Positions 33,132 through 44,989 of a stretch of DNA of 64,000 nucleotides are shown in pieces. The notes beneath the pieces were generated by a model. It saw only the letters and a list, made by a program, of their open reading frames with translations. It had not been told where the DNA came from and did not search any database. Source of the DNA: an uncultured Acidobacteriaceae bacterium (GTDB lineage Bacteria; Acidobacteriota; Terriglobia; Terriglobales; Acidobacteriaceae); assembly GCA_963832995.1 (NCBI GenBank), contig CAWHVZ010000004.1, forward strand, positions 222,851 to 286,850, in the 5' to 3' direction. Each line of letters starts with the position of its first letter. Position 1 is the stretch's first letter. A program made the translations under genes and the position numbers.

Positions 33132-34449
33132 TTGAGCGAAGGCGGCGGTAAGAAGAGCTTTCTGGGGACGCTGTATTTTCGCGTGCTTGTGGGGATTGTC
33201 GCCGGCGCGGCGGTGGGGTACTTCTTCCCGCAGTTCGGCGCGGCGATGAAGCCGTTTGGCGACGGCTTCCTGAAGCTGATACGGATGCTGGTCGCGCCGA
33301 TCGTCTTCTTCACGGTGGTCACGGGGATTGCGAAGGTGGGCGACCTGCGGCGGCTGGGGCGCGTGGGTATCAAGTCGCTGGTGTACTTCGAGGTGGTAAC
33401 AACGTTTGCGCTGGTGCTGGGGCTGATCGTCGCAACGGTGGTGCAGCCGGGGCGCGGCGTGAATGCGAATCCAGCGACGCTGGATACGAAGGCGATTGCG
33501 CAGTACACGAGTGGCGCGCAGCACCTGACGTCGACGGGCTTTCTGCTGAACATTATTCCGGATACGTTCCTGGGGGCGTTTGCGAGCGGCGAGATGCTGC
33601 AGGTGCTGATGCTGGCGGTGCTGTCGGGACTGGCGCTGGCGATGATGCGGGGCGAGCAGCGGCTGGTGGACCTTGGGGATTCGCTGACGAAGTTCTTCTT
33701 CAAGATCGTTGCGATTGTGATGGAGGCGGCGCCAGCTGGGGGCATTTGGAGCGATGGCCTTCACGATTGGGAAGTACGGCGTGGCGTCGCTGGTGTCGCT
33801 GGGCAAGCTGCTGCTGTGCTGCTATGTGACGAGCCTCAGCTTTATCGCGATTGTGCTGGGCATTATCTGCTGGGCGTGCGGGATAAGCCTTTGGCGCTTC
33901 GTGGTGTATATCCGCGAGGAGCTGCTGATTGTGATTGGGACGTCGTCGTCGGAGACGGGCTTGCCGCGGCTGATGCTGAAGCTTGAGAACCTGGGCTGCC
34001 CGAAGGCGATTACGGGACTGGTGGTCCCGGCGGGTTACTCATTCAACCTGGATGGGACGTCGATCTACCTGACGATTGCGCTGCTGTTTGTGGCGCAGGC
34101 GACTAATACGCATCTGAGCCTGAAGGAAGAGATCTTCATTCTGTTTGTACTGATGCTGAATTCGAAGGGGTCGGCTACGATTACGGGCGGTGGGCTGATT
34201 ACGCTGGCAGGAACGCTGGCCGCGCTGGGGACGGTGCCAGTGGCGGGGATTGCGCTGATCCTCGGGGTCGACCGCTTCCTCTCGGAGATGCGGACGATTA
34301 CGAACTTCCTGGGCAATGGCGTGGCGACGATTGTGGTCTCGCGGTGGGAGGGACAGTTTGATGTGAAGCGCGCGCGGGCGATATTGAGCGGGACGCATAC
34401 GGCTGTGGAAGATGACGAGATGCTGCGGGAGCAGGCCGGGGTTTTGTAA
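33132..34449 (+). CDS. dctA: C4-dicarboxylate transporter (frameshift near 33745)
   Basis: [20 protein letters not shown]. Confidence 0.9.
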
Positions 34450-34632
34450 CCATGTCAGGTGCAAATTGCAGGAACACGATACCGCTGGTTTCTAAGCTGG
34501 CGTTTGCGTTGGTGGTGTCGGGGTCCGCTGCTCCGCGGAGCGCTATGCCGATGGTCGGTGGACCGCGGTTGTTGTCGCACTGGAATTGACTCTTCGCAAT
34601 TGATTCAATCCATTCATGGTTCAGAGCAAAAG

Positions 34633-34665
34633 AATTGCCGCCTGCAGATGCAGGCGGCAATTTTT
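34633..34665. terminator. Bidirectional terminator
   Basis: AATTGCCGCCTGCA-GA-TGCAGGCGGCAATT flanked by A and T tracts. Confidence 0.8.
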
Positions 34666-34690
34666 GAGTGTTGGTAGAAGGTGGTTAGGG

Positions 34691-37600
34691 TTACCAGTTG
34701 ATACGACCGGAGAACTGGAAGGAGCGTGCCTGGTAACCTGTGGCCAATGCGGAGGTCAAGCCGTAGCCTGTTGCGTTTACAGCGCCTCCTAATGCGCCGA
34801 AGGCCACATGGTTGAGAGCGTTCAGGGCATCACACTCGAACTGCAACTTCCATTCGTGATAGATGGGGAAGGAGCGTTTCACGCCCAGATCCAGGTTGTA
34901 GTCTCCCATGCTCCAGACATTGCCCGCACCAACGCGCGGAGCGTTGCCAGGAACGTAGAGTTGAGGACCGAGTCCAACGAAGTTGTTCTGTGGGGTTGAG
35001 GCGGAGTTAGCGGTGGAGGTGGCTACGGTAAAGGCATTCACATTCAAATACTGGATCTTGGCGTAGTAATTGGGGTCGCTTGACGAGGAGGTAGCATTAT
35101 GACCGTACGGCGTCGAGTTCCGTACAGTTTGCCCTGGAACGATGCTGGGCATGCAGTTGCCGAGGATGGAAGAACCGCCGCAACCAGTAGCGCCATCAAG
35201 GTAGAGCGGAACGCCGGAGTGGTAGCTAAAGATACCGGAGAGGTTCCAGCCGCCGCCAAGAGCGTTGGCCCAGAAGTTATCCCCGCCGATTTTGCCGTGT
35301 CCAAAGGGCAGCTGGTAGACCGCGGTGGAGGTCAAAGTCTGAGGCTGGTCCGAGGTGGAGAGGGAACGATCTAAACGCGGCTGCTCCGGAAGACGGAAGC
35401 CATTACTACTATTGGGTATATCGTCCATTGCCTTGGAGTAGGTGTAGTTCAGCATGAAGTCCAGACCGTGCGAGGTGCGCTGGCGGAGCGAGAGCTGAAG
35501 TGCGTGGTAGTTGGTGTTGCCGGCAAAGCTGGTGGTATCGCTTACACCGCTGTACTGGGGGAAAGGAACGAAGTTCTGATAGACGGAGTTGCTCGCGTAG
35601 TATGTGGCTGAGGAGTAAGGGTTCTGAATTACGTAACCCAGGCCGGTAGCCAGCCCGACGTTCGTGGCGCTGGACTTTTGGGTAAGCAACGGCGCGGTGC
35701 AGGCGGTGCCGGAGCACGGCGTGGTAGTCGAGCCGTTCGACTGGTACCCTGCAAGCGCAGCAAAGGAGTACGGCAGTTTGTTGTTCAGTTTGAGACTTGC
35801 CCCTTTTACGCTAAGGAAGTGGCCCTGGCTTCCGACGTAGCTTACTGAGATGGACATTTGCGAGGTAAGCTGGCGCTGGATTCCGAAGGTCCAGTTGATG
35901 TACTCAGGAGTACGGGAACCACGGTATGGATCCCACGAGGTGATGGTGGTCGCTCCACTATTAGTAAGCGCACTTGTGTAGGTAGTGCCGTATTCAGCCA
36001 GACTGGCACCTCCGGTGGGCGGCTTAGGCGGAACTACACTACCCGTCCAGCCGCAGGCCACGCCGTTGAACGATCCGCTCGCGCAGTTGGTGTTATCCCA
36101 GTAGAAAGCAGGAGCGCCACTGAGGCCACTGGGAGCTGACGCCGAAGGGCTGATGCCCAGGGTGGAAGGTGAGCCGGACTGGCTTCCGCTTGTCCAGTTG
36201 CCACGCGCGAAGTTTACGTTGTAGCTGCCGCGGACGACGGTCTTGGGATCGATGGACCAGGCCATGCCGATACGAGGAGCGATGTTCTTGTACCAGATGG
36301 GTGAAGGACGTTGGCAGTTGCAGTAGATGGACGGATCGCCGTTTCCTGCAAACTCCAGCGTACCCTTGTTGCCGGTGATATTGTTGACGCCGTTCGGGTT
36401 CAGGAAGGTGAAGTAGTTATGCGCCTCGCGGATCGAAGGATAAATATCCCAGCGGAGACCAAGGTTCAAGGTCAGCTTGCTGGTGACCTTGAAGTCGTCC
36501 TGACCCCAGAAGGAGGGATCGAGCCAGCGTGTTCCGAGTCCCGGGACGCCGACGGTAGCTGAACCGGCGCTCGATGCGCCAAGCAGATAGCTGGCGAAGG
36601 GAGAACCATTTGTGGTGGAGAGGGAGGTGCTGGTGGTGGGATTCGTAAATTGCGCCGTTTGCGAGGAGCTGAAGGTGAAGCCCATCGGACCGGATGGACT
36701 TACGGTGCTGTAGTAGTTGAACTGGACATCTACAATCTGTCCGCCGACGGTGACGTTATGCCTGCCGACTACCCATTGCAGGCTGTCTGTGAGGGTGTAG
36801 GTGTTGTTGATTTTATTGTTCCAACTGTAGCCCCCCTGCGTACCAGGAGCGTCGTAGTTACCCGAGTAGGAGATCTTCGGGAAGCCGTCCGAAGCCTGGC
36901 CAGCCGGCATGTTGAGAATGCCGTTTGCAGTGGCTGAGTAGGCCGGTGTGCGATTGGGTGTGACCGAGTCGCTCTGATAGCGGCCATATCCAACAGCGAA
37001 CTGGTTGACCAGGTGCGCATTGATGGTGAAGGTGTCTTTGACGATATCGATGGTGGTTACGGGGTGATAGGACTGCGACGTATTGAACGGGGGCCCAAGG
37101 CCGCTGGTCGAGTTGGGACCGGTGCTGGCCTGACGGCCGAAGGCAACAATGACGCCGATCTGGTTTCGCTGATTTACGGTGTAGTCGATCCTGCCGGTTG
37201 CGTACCAGTTGGCCAGTCCGATGGGGGTACCCGTAGGTCAGGTTGTTGTTGTACAGAGTCTGGTTCGCGAGCTTCTCATACGGCAGCATGTACTTGTTGT
37301 AATTATTGGCTGCTGCCGAGAAGCGGCTGGCAGGAATGACGTCCGCGGTCGGAACACCATTGACGGAGCCCATGAACGGTTTGCGGCTGCAAGGTGAAGC
37401 GACCGTTCCCAAGCAGTTCACGACCGAGGTCGATGGGTCGTAGATGTGAGCTCCGCCGTTGGCTGCAGCATATCCTCTGAAATCTGCGTAGCCCAAAGCA
37501 TTTCCATTGGCGTCATAGCCCAACATCGACGATGTTGGGATAGTCATGGCCGCGGGCTTCGCACCCTGCTGGTAGCGGTACTGGCCGTAGTTGCCGAAGA

Positions 37601-38638
37601 GGAAGAGGCGGTTCTTGATGACGGGACCGCTCAATACGATGCCCACCTCGTTCATGACCTCGGACGTCTTGATGCCGCCAGGGAACAGTAACGCCGGGCC
37701 GAATTGATAGTGGGGGCTTTGGATTGAAATTGCCACGCATCGAATATGGTGTTGCGGATGAACTCATAGATCGAGCCGTGATATGCGTTGCTACCGCTCT
37801 TGACCGAGTAGTTCTGCATGCCCTGGCCGCCGTACTGCGCCGAGATGCCTGCGGTCTGCACCTGGAACTGGTCGACCGCATCAACGCCGATCGCCGTCCA
37901 TGTAAAGCGCGGGTCGCCTACGCCATCGGCCTCGGGCAGGTTGATGCCTTCGATGTAGATCTCCGAGACGTTACCTGCCAGGACCGCTGCCATTGACGAT
38001 GCCGGTGGTGGATGTGGGGTCGTTGCTGGCGCCGTTCTGGTTGGCCTGTACGCCGGGCATGAGGTATGCGAAGTCGGTGGCGCGACGCTGATCGGCTTTG
38101 GTACCGGCGCCCATTTCGATCGGGAGGTTGGAGTACATTTGGTTGTCCATCACGCCGCCGAGGGTGGCGTCCGTGGTGGCAAGTACGGGAGGGGCCGCGC
38201 TGACGGTGACGGTCTCATCGGTCGCGGCCAACAGTAAGCTTCAAGGGAAGATTGACGGTTGCGAGAGCGTCGACCGTGACATTCTCCTGTGTCAATCTGC
38301 TGAAATCCTTTAGCTGTCACGGAGACGGTGTAGGATGCCAGGGATGAGGGGGGTGATGTTGTAGTCGCCCGCGCCGGTGGTGGTACGGACCGTCTTTACG
38401 TTGGTCATTGACGTTGGTTGCGGTCACAGTAGCGCCTGGGACGACGGCGCCGGATGGGATCGGTGATGATACCGGAGATAGCGCCTGTACCGGATAACTG
38501 CGCCGCAGCGGAGGAGGCTAACAGTGCAAGCATCGCGACCAGAACCATGCCGAGTTGCATTGCGCCGGCTAAAAAATTGAATGTCGCGCTGACTACTGTC
38601 GCACGACGGCTACTGCTGCTTTTGTTTGTGTTGTTCAT
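34691..38638 (-). CDS. Oar-type TonB-dependent receptor (multiple frameshifts)
   Basis: AGGAGG RBS, signal peptide, AVDQFQVQT..SAQYGG plug, LNLGLRWD, terminal Trp. Confidence 0.85.
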
Positions 38639-39097
38639 GATGCTGCCTCCTGAGAAGGTGTTGATCCGCGGTTGCCTGAGATTACGTGTCATCTTCGGTG
38701 TTTATTTGGTTCGCGCCAGCAGACGCACTGCAATCTGCTCCTGGAGAAATTCACTCCAATTGCAGACTGGTTTGATTCTGCCGGTCTGACCACTTTTCTG
38801 CGCGGGGAGAAGACTACATCTTTCCTACCATGCTTTGTCAAGCAATAAATAGTAATGAGAAATCCATTGTACAGCAGGGACGAATTGGGCGTCGCTACGC
38901 GTTCCAAGCTGCGCCCTGGGCTGCCATCGCCGGTATGCAGACGACCGGCGGAACATGCAATAGTACCACTAAATACCACTGCTGATGTGGTCTCACCTGT
39001 AGCTGCAGGGCAAGCTGATGTATTGAATGGTTTTCTATGGACCTTATTGCCATCGCTCGATAAAGAGGGGACAGGAGTGAGCATTTCCCACAGATAA

Positions 39098-39750
39098 TCA
39101 GCAGATAATCGCGGATAACAAAGGGGATGCGAGAGCCGCCGTTCTGAGCTTACTTTTGGCCTTCCGGCTGGTCATCCTCGGCTTGAGGCCCGTTGGTTGA
39201 AGATTGGCAGACTCGTCCGGGTGGGTCGCGGCTATCTCGTCCTCGGGAGACCTGCTTCTTGTTAAGGACCTCCAAGCGGACTCTGGTGATGCCGGACTTG
39301 CGGATGCCAAGCTGGTCCGCCGCTGCGCGGGAGAGGTCGATGACACGGTCAGAGAATAGAACGCCGCGGTCGTTGATGCGGACGACTACGGATTTGCCGC
39401 TGCGCGTGTCCACCACGCGAACGATGGTCCCGAAGGGCAGGGTTCGGTGAGCGGCGGTGAAGCGGTTCATGTCGAAGATCTCGCCGCTGGCGGTGCGATG
39501 GCCGTTGAGGACGGCTCCGTACCAGGAGGCTATGCCCAAAAAGTTGGTGGCGCGCCGAACCTTCGCGTTGGGTTGCTGGGTGGGGACGATTTCGGTTGAC
39601 AGGCCGCGGCGCAAAGGGAGTCGAAACGGGAGCATCGAAGGAGGATTGAGTTACCCACCGGAGGGGGAGATCAGCCGTGCCCGGGATAGAAATCATTACC
39701 AGGGCTACCATCGAACAGCCTGCAAGCCTAATTTCGTTTTTGAAGATCAA
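39098..39750 (-). CDS. rlpA: Septal ring lytic transglycosylase RlpA family (frameshifted; ends uncertain)
   Basis: ASWYG, TASGE, TAAHRTLPFGT, RINDRG, IDLS; TTG start with AGGAG. Confidence 0.88.
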
Positions 39751-39961
39751 TAGGTCTCCTATGCCGAAATCGCTTTCCGACACCTTAATTTTACCTGCCA
39801 AAGGACGGATAACCTAATTAATCAGCAAAATTAAGTAATTCAAAACAAACACTTTATTATATTTTTTCCCTAAGTTCGGGGGTATCCAGTCTTCTACTTG
39901 TCTGTAGGATGCAAGCCGGTAGTCTTACGCTCAGGCTTTTGTCGGATTTGGCAGGTTTTCC

Positions 39962-41355
39962 ATGCAGTTGAGCGCGCCTTCTTTCTTCGTATTCTTCGTG
40001 GCTGTCTGGCTTATTTATTGGGCGGTGGCGAGGGTTCCGGTTGCGCGTTTTGTGGTGCTGGTTGCGGCTAATCTATTCTTCCTTTTGAAGTTTGGGTGGC
40101 TGTATCTGCTGCTTCCGGTGGCTGCGTCCATCGACTTTCTAGTTGGACTTGGGATGGCACGAGCTGGTTCTTTGGCTGGCAAACGTGGGTTGTTGGCGGT
40201 CTCATTGGGGATCAATCTTAGTTTGCTGCTGGGGCCGAAGATTCTTGCGCTGCGGACTGGGGGGCATGGTGGCGGGCTCACTGCCTTTCTGACGCTCAGC
40301 CTGTCCTTCTATTGTTTTCAGTCGCTCACCTACACCATCGATCTTTACCGGCGGTGATCCAGATGCTCAGGCGACGCGAAGTTGGCTGGCCTATGTCTCG
40401 TCGGCGTTGTTCTTCCCGACTGATGGTGGCGGGGCCGATTCTGCGGCTGCATGGGTTTCTGAAGCAGGTGGTCCGACGCGCCTTCGCTGACGTAACGCGC
40501 AGGCGGGGCGGGCGCTGCTGCTGATCGGGATCGGGCTGGTGAAGAAGCTGCTGATTGCGGACTATCTGGGGCAGAATCTGGTGGGGCGCGTCTTCGATAC
40601 GCCGACGCTTGTACAGCGGGGTCGAGGTGCTGGCCGGGGTGTACGGATATGCGCTGCAGCTGTTTTTCGACTTCTCCGGCTACACGGACATTGCGATTGG
40701 GGTGGGGCTGCTGCTGGGGTTGAAGCATTCCGGAGAACTTCCGGCAGCCGTATCTGTCGGTGAATGTGATGGAGTTCTGGCGGCGGTGGCACATCACGTT
40801 CTCGGAGTGGCTGCGGGACTACATCATGGACTCGCTGCCGCAGCGGCGGCGGACGCATCCGCTGCTCTCGTACTGCTACAGCGTGATCGTGACGATGATG
40901 CTGGGCGGACTGTGGCATGGGTTGAGCTGGACGTTCCTTATATGGGGAGCGCTGCATGGCGTCGCGCTGGCGGCGGTAAGGGTTTGGAAGCAGAGGCGGA
41001 AGGGGGTGAAGCCGACTGGCCTGGGGCAAGGTGGGCGGCGTCCTGCTGACCTTCCACTTCGTTTGCTTTACGTGGATCTTCTTCAATGCCTCGTCGGTGG
41101 GTAACGCGCTGGCGATTCTGGGGCGGCTGGGGTCGAATACCTGGTCGGCGAGCAACCTTACGGCGCCTATCCTGCTGGTTATGTTGATCGCGGCGGTTGC
41201 GCATTGCCTGCCGCTGAAGTGGCTGGATGGTGGCGCTGAGGCTGATGGGCCGGGCACCGTTCTGGCTGCAGGGCGCGGCGCTGGCTGGGCTGGTGCTGCT
41301 GATTCAGAGTGTCTCGGGGCGCGGTTCGGCTCCATTTGTGTATGGCAATTTTTAG
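39962..41355 (+). CDS. AlgI/PatA/DltB-type MBOAT acyltransferase (several frameshifts)
   Basis: SFYCFQ, DFSGYTDIA, EFWRRWHI, GLWHG; ends PFVYGNF*. Confidence 0.92.
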
Positions 41356-41391
41356 AAGGATGTTTGAAAGGTGGAAGTGGGACAAAAGCGT

Positions 41392-41480
41392 ACCTCAGGG
41401 GCTAAAGCCCTGTTGAGATTTGTGGCATTTGCGGCACGGCTGAAGCCGTGCCCTTAAGCAAGACGGGTTTTTCAACAGCG
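41392..41480 (+). repeat. REP-like GGCTAAAGCC family element inside the operon
   Basis: CAGGGGCTAAAGCCCTG and GGCACGGCTGAAGCCGTGCC hairpins. Confidence 0.85.
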
Positions 41481-41515
41481 ACTCAGGAAAACTCTAAGTA
41501 GACCTTGTAAACCCC

Positions 41516-42991
41516 ATGCGATTCCCGACCAAGACCGCCTCCGCCTTTGCTACCTGCGTTGTCACGCTGGCGGTCTTTCATCGCTGGAGCCCAGACAAAG
41601 GACTTACGGGTTCGGCCTTTGGGGAGGCGTGGAGCCTGGCGAACCTGAGGAATCTTCCTTCGAACACGCAGCCTTCCGGCGTTGCCGGGGCTGCTCAGCC
41701 GGTGACGACTGCGCCGGGCTCTATTATTGTGCCGGGCACTACGCCGTCCACGAGCAGGACTGCTTCGGAGAGCGGGGCACGTCCGCTGGCTGGGTTTCTG
41801 TATGACAGTACGGGCGCGCTTGATCCTTTCTTTGCGGCGCTGGCGAAGCTGGATGCGGCCAGCGGGTTCGACCAGGTGACGATTCTGCACTATGGGGACT
41901 CGCCGACGACGGCGGACCTGATTACGGGCGATGTGCGGTCGTTGCTGCAGCAGCGCTTCGGCGACGCGGGCCACGGCTATCTGCTGGTCGACAAGCCGTG
42001 GGCCTGGTATGGGCATCGGGAGACCGACATCAACGGGCATGGGTGGAACATCACCACGGCCGTGGGCAGGATGCGCCCGGAGAGCTATGGGCTGGGCGGC
42101 GCGAGCTTTCAGGGCTCGAGCGGCGCGGACAGCCACATTACGCTCAAGGGCACGCCGGCATCGAGCATGGAGCTTTCGTTCCTGGCGCAGCCGGGCGGTG
42201 GGTCGGTGGCGATCACCGCTGACGATGATGACGGGAAGAACCAGCCGGTCGCGACGGTCGACACCGGGGAGGCCGATGGGAATTCGCCGAGGCAGGCGTG
42301 GCAGAACATTCCGCTGCCTCCGCGGACCAGGGCTGTGGATATACGGGTTGCGAGCGGGCGGGTGGAGCTGTTCGGAGAGACTTTTCTGCGGGAGCGCAGC
42401 GGCGTGCTTTATGACAGCCTTGGGCTGAATGGAGCCTCGACCACGGTGCTTTCGAGGGGGTTCGACCACGCGGCCTGGGCGGCTGAACTGAAACACGCTG
42501 CGCCTGCGCTGGTGGTGATCAACTACGGCACGAATGAGAGCAGCTTTGGCTCGTTTGTGGACAAGCAGTATGAAGGCGAGCTCCGCATTGTGATACAGCG
42601 GGTACGGAATGCTCTGCCGAACGTCTCAATCCTAGTGATGAGCCCCATGGACCGCGGCGAGCGCAGCGGCATCGACCAGATTGACACGATGGGAACGATT
42701 CCGCGGATTGTCGCGATTCAAAAGCGCGTCGCGGCTGACACACATTGCGCATTCTTCGATACCTTTAATGCAATGGGCGGAGATGGGACCATGTCGCGCT
42801 GGTATAACGGCAATCCGCGACTGGTTGCTGCCGACCTGATTCATCCCACGCCGCAGGGGGCTGGCATTATTGCACAGGTATTCGTGAAGGATCTTATTGA
42901 GGGGTACGACATATATAAGGCTCGCCAATCCGGTACGCCGCAGGCCGCACCGGCGCAGGCGGCTCAGCAGCCGCAGGTGGTGCAGCCATGA
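41516..42991 (+). CDS. SGNH acyltransferase/esterase (PatB/Ape1-like)
   Basis: GDS, GLNGA, YGTNE, DLIH; N-terminal anchor. Confidence 0.88.
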   Translation: MRFPTKTASAFATCVVTLAVFHRWSPDKGLTGSAFGEAWSLANLRNLPSNTQPSGVAGAAQPVTTAPGSIIVPGTTPSTSRTASESGARPLAGFLYDSTGALDPFFAALAKLDAASGFDQVTILHYGDSPTTADLITGDVRSLLQQRFGDAGHGYLLVDKPWAWYGHRETDINGHGWNITTAVGRMRPESYGLGGASFQGSSGADSHITLKGTPASSMELSFLAQPGGGSVAITADDDDGKNQPVATVDTGEADGNSPRQAWQNIPLPPRTRAVDIRVASGRVELFGETFLRERSGVLYDSLGLNGASTTVLSRGFDHAAWAAELKHAAPALVVINYGTNESSFGSFVDKQYEGELRIVIQRVRNALPNVSILVMSPMDRGERSGIDQIDTMGTIPRIVAIQKRVAADTHCAFFDTFNAMGGDGTMSRWYNGNPRLVAADLIHPTPQGAGIIAQVFVKDLIEGYDIYKARQSGTPQAAPAQAAQQPQVVQP

Positions 42992-44760
42992 GGGGACGGA
43001 CCGGTTTCTCGTGTTGGCGCTGGCATTGGCTCTCGGTTTGCGTTGTGCTGGCTTGTTCGGCTGCATTCGGCCAGAGTACGACGCCGCAGACGACTTCTAA
43101 GACGACTCCGAAGACAAGTTCAGCGCGCTCCAGTAAGACGGCCTCCAGCGGCAAGTCCTCTACGACTACGAAGAGCTCGGCTGGCGGCAAGACTTCGGCG
43201 GGCAGCAAGACCTCCGCAAGCAGCAAAGGTGCTAAACCCGCAGGCAAGTCCCCGCACTCCGGCACGACAGCTTCGGCGCATAGCTTAACGAAGAGCAGCC
43301 AAGGCAAAGTGACAGCCGTTAAGACCACGGCTCGCGTGCCTCGTACGCGGCGGACTATTCCGGTGAACCCGGCGGTGCGGCAGAGTGCTGTCATGCGTGT
43401 TGAGGCGAGCCTTAACGAGTCTGCAAGTTCGCCGTTCCTTTACCCCGGCGCGCTGCATCACTTCTTCGAGGCGCTCGACGAGGAGCAGGATGAGCACGGT
43501 GCGGGGGCTGCGCCGGAGCGTACGGTTCGGATTCTGCAGTTTGGCGACTCTCATACCGCGGCTGACATCTTTACGGGCAAGATGCGCGAGAGTCTGCAGG
43601 AGCAGTTTGGCGATGGCGGACTCGGGTTCCAGTTTCCGGGACATCCGTTCGCCGGATACCATCTGGCGGGTTCGCTGCGCTCGCAGACGACCGGATGGGT
43701 TACGGAAGGTAATCACTTTACCGCGCTCGGCGACGGCGACCTTGGGTTGGGTGGCATCAGCATATCGACGGCGCGGCCGAACGAGTCGATTACGCTCGAG
43801 GCTCCGTGCACGACGCTGCAGCTGCACTTCCTGCTGCAGCCGGGTGGTGGACGTTTGCAGTTCTCCGACAACGGGACGCCGCTCTCGACGATCGACACTA
43901 ACTCTGAGGCGCTGGCGGCCGACACCTCGGGTGCTGCGGCGACTCTGGCGCCGAATTTGGCGACGACTTCTGCGACGAGTGCGGGCACCTTCTCTTACTC
44001 CTGTCCGGCTGGTCCGCACTACTTTGAGTTCACGACTCTGGATGATGCTCCGGTGAAGCTGCTTGGCATTGTGTCGCAGCAGCCGGGGGTGACGTACGAG
44101 TGCATCGGCATCAACGGAGCGGTGGCGCCGCTGATGCTGCGGTGGAATCAGTCGCTGTTCAGCGACTATCTTCGCCAGAGCGCGCCGAGCCTGATCGTGT
44201 TGGCCTACGGGACGAATGAGTCGGGCAGCTCGGCGGAACACCTGGAGAGCTACCCGGAGGAGTTTGGGAGCATTGTCGACAACCTGCACAGGGTTGCGCC
44301 TGAGTCCTCGATACTGGTGCTTGGGCCGGCTGACCGGTCGATGCGGCAGGGCAGGCGCGGACCGTGGCGTGCTTACTCGGGGACGGACCGCATTATCGCG
44401 ATGCAGAAGGAGGTCTGCCGCACGCACAGCTGCACGTTCTGGGATACGCGGCGGCGGATGGGCGGCTTCGGCGCGATGCAGGTTTGGGTGGCCGCTGGGT
44501 GGGCGCAGCCGGATCGCACACACCTGACTTATACCGGGTATCGCGCGCTGGCTGACGCACTCTACTCCGACCTGATGCTTGCGTATAACGGGTATCATCA
44601 GCACGCGGAGACTCCGCTGCACCAGTCGTTTCTTCAACAGGCACCGCTTCAACAGGCACCGCTTCAACCGATGCCTTTTCAGCCCGCTTCGCCACACTCG
44701 ACCGGAGTTCACTCAGGCCCGCCTCAGACCGCACCCGCTCAGGAGAGCAGCAATGGATAA
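42988..44760 (+). CDS. Second SGNH acyltransferase/esterase (Ape1-like)
   Basis: GDSH, GINGA, YGTNE, DRTH; signal peptide and Ser/Lys/Thr-rich linker; ATGA overlap. Confidence 0.88.
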   Translation: MRGRTGFSCWRWHWLSVCVVLACSAAFGQSTTPQTTSKTTPKTSSARSSKTASSGKSSTTTKSSAGGKTSAGSKTSASSKGAKPAGKSPHSGTTASAHSLTKSSQGKVTAVKTTARVPRTRRTIPVNPAVRQSAVMRVEASLNESASSPFLYPGALHHFFEALDEEQDEHGAGAAPERTVRILQFGDSHTAADIFTGKMRESLQEQFGDGGLGFQFPGHPFAGYHLAGSLRSQTTGWVTEGNHFTALGDGDLGLGGISISTARPNESITLEAPCTTLQLHFLLQPGGGRLQFSDNGTPLSTIDTNSEALAADTSGAAATLAPNLATTSATSAGTFSYSCPAGPHYFEFTTLDDAPVKLLGIVSQQPGVTYECIGINGAVAPLMLRWNQSLFSDYLRQSAPSLIVLAYGTNESGSSAEHLESYPEEFGSIVDNLHRVAPESSILVLGPADRSMRQGRRGPWRAYSGTDRIIAMQKEVCRTHSCTFWDTRRRMGGFGAMQVWVAAGWAQPDRTHLTYTGYRALADALYSDLMLAYNGYHQHAETPLHQSFLQQAPLQQAPLQPMPFQPASPHSTGVHSGPPQTAPAQESSNG

Positions 44761-44989
44761 ACGCCCAGGCATCCTCAAAGTCCTTCACGCCGTCGCGGAG
44801 AAGGACATTACCCCTACAGATGATGAATCACTTTTTACGTCCGGCTTGCTTGATTCGTTTGCCCTGACCGACTTTGTGGTCGGGCTCGAGCAGGAGTTTT
44901 CGGTGAAGATTCCTGACGGCGACATGACGGCGCGGCGGTTCGACACGATCCAGAAGGTTGAAGAGTATCTCGCGGCCAAAGGTGTGTAG
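44753..44989 (+). CDS. DltC-like acyl carrier protein (78 aa)
   Basis: AGGAG RBS; SLFTSGLLDSF phosphopantetheine site, LEQEF..I, FDTI. Confidence 0.9.
   Translation: MDKRPGILKVLHAVAEKDITPTDDESLFTSGLLDSFALTDFVVGLEQEFSVKIPDGDMTARRFDTIQKVEEYLAAKGV

Noticed and set aside
38689-39097. Short ORFs between the TonB receptor and rlpA
   Set aside because: No RBS, recognisable motif or host-like codon bias.
44632-44668. 15-bp repeats at the end of the second SGNH gene
   Set aside because: Ordinary low-complexity LQQAP tail.
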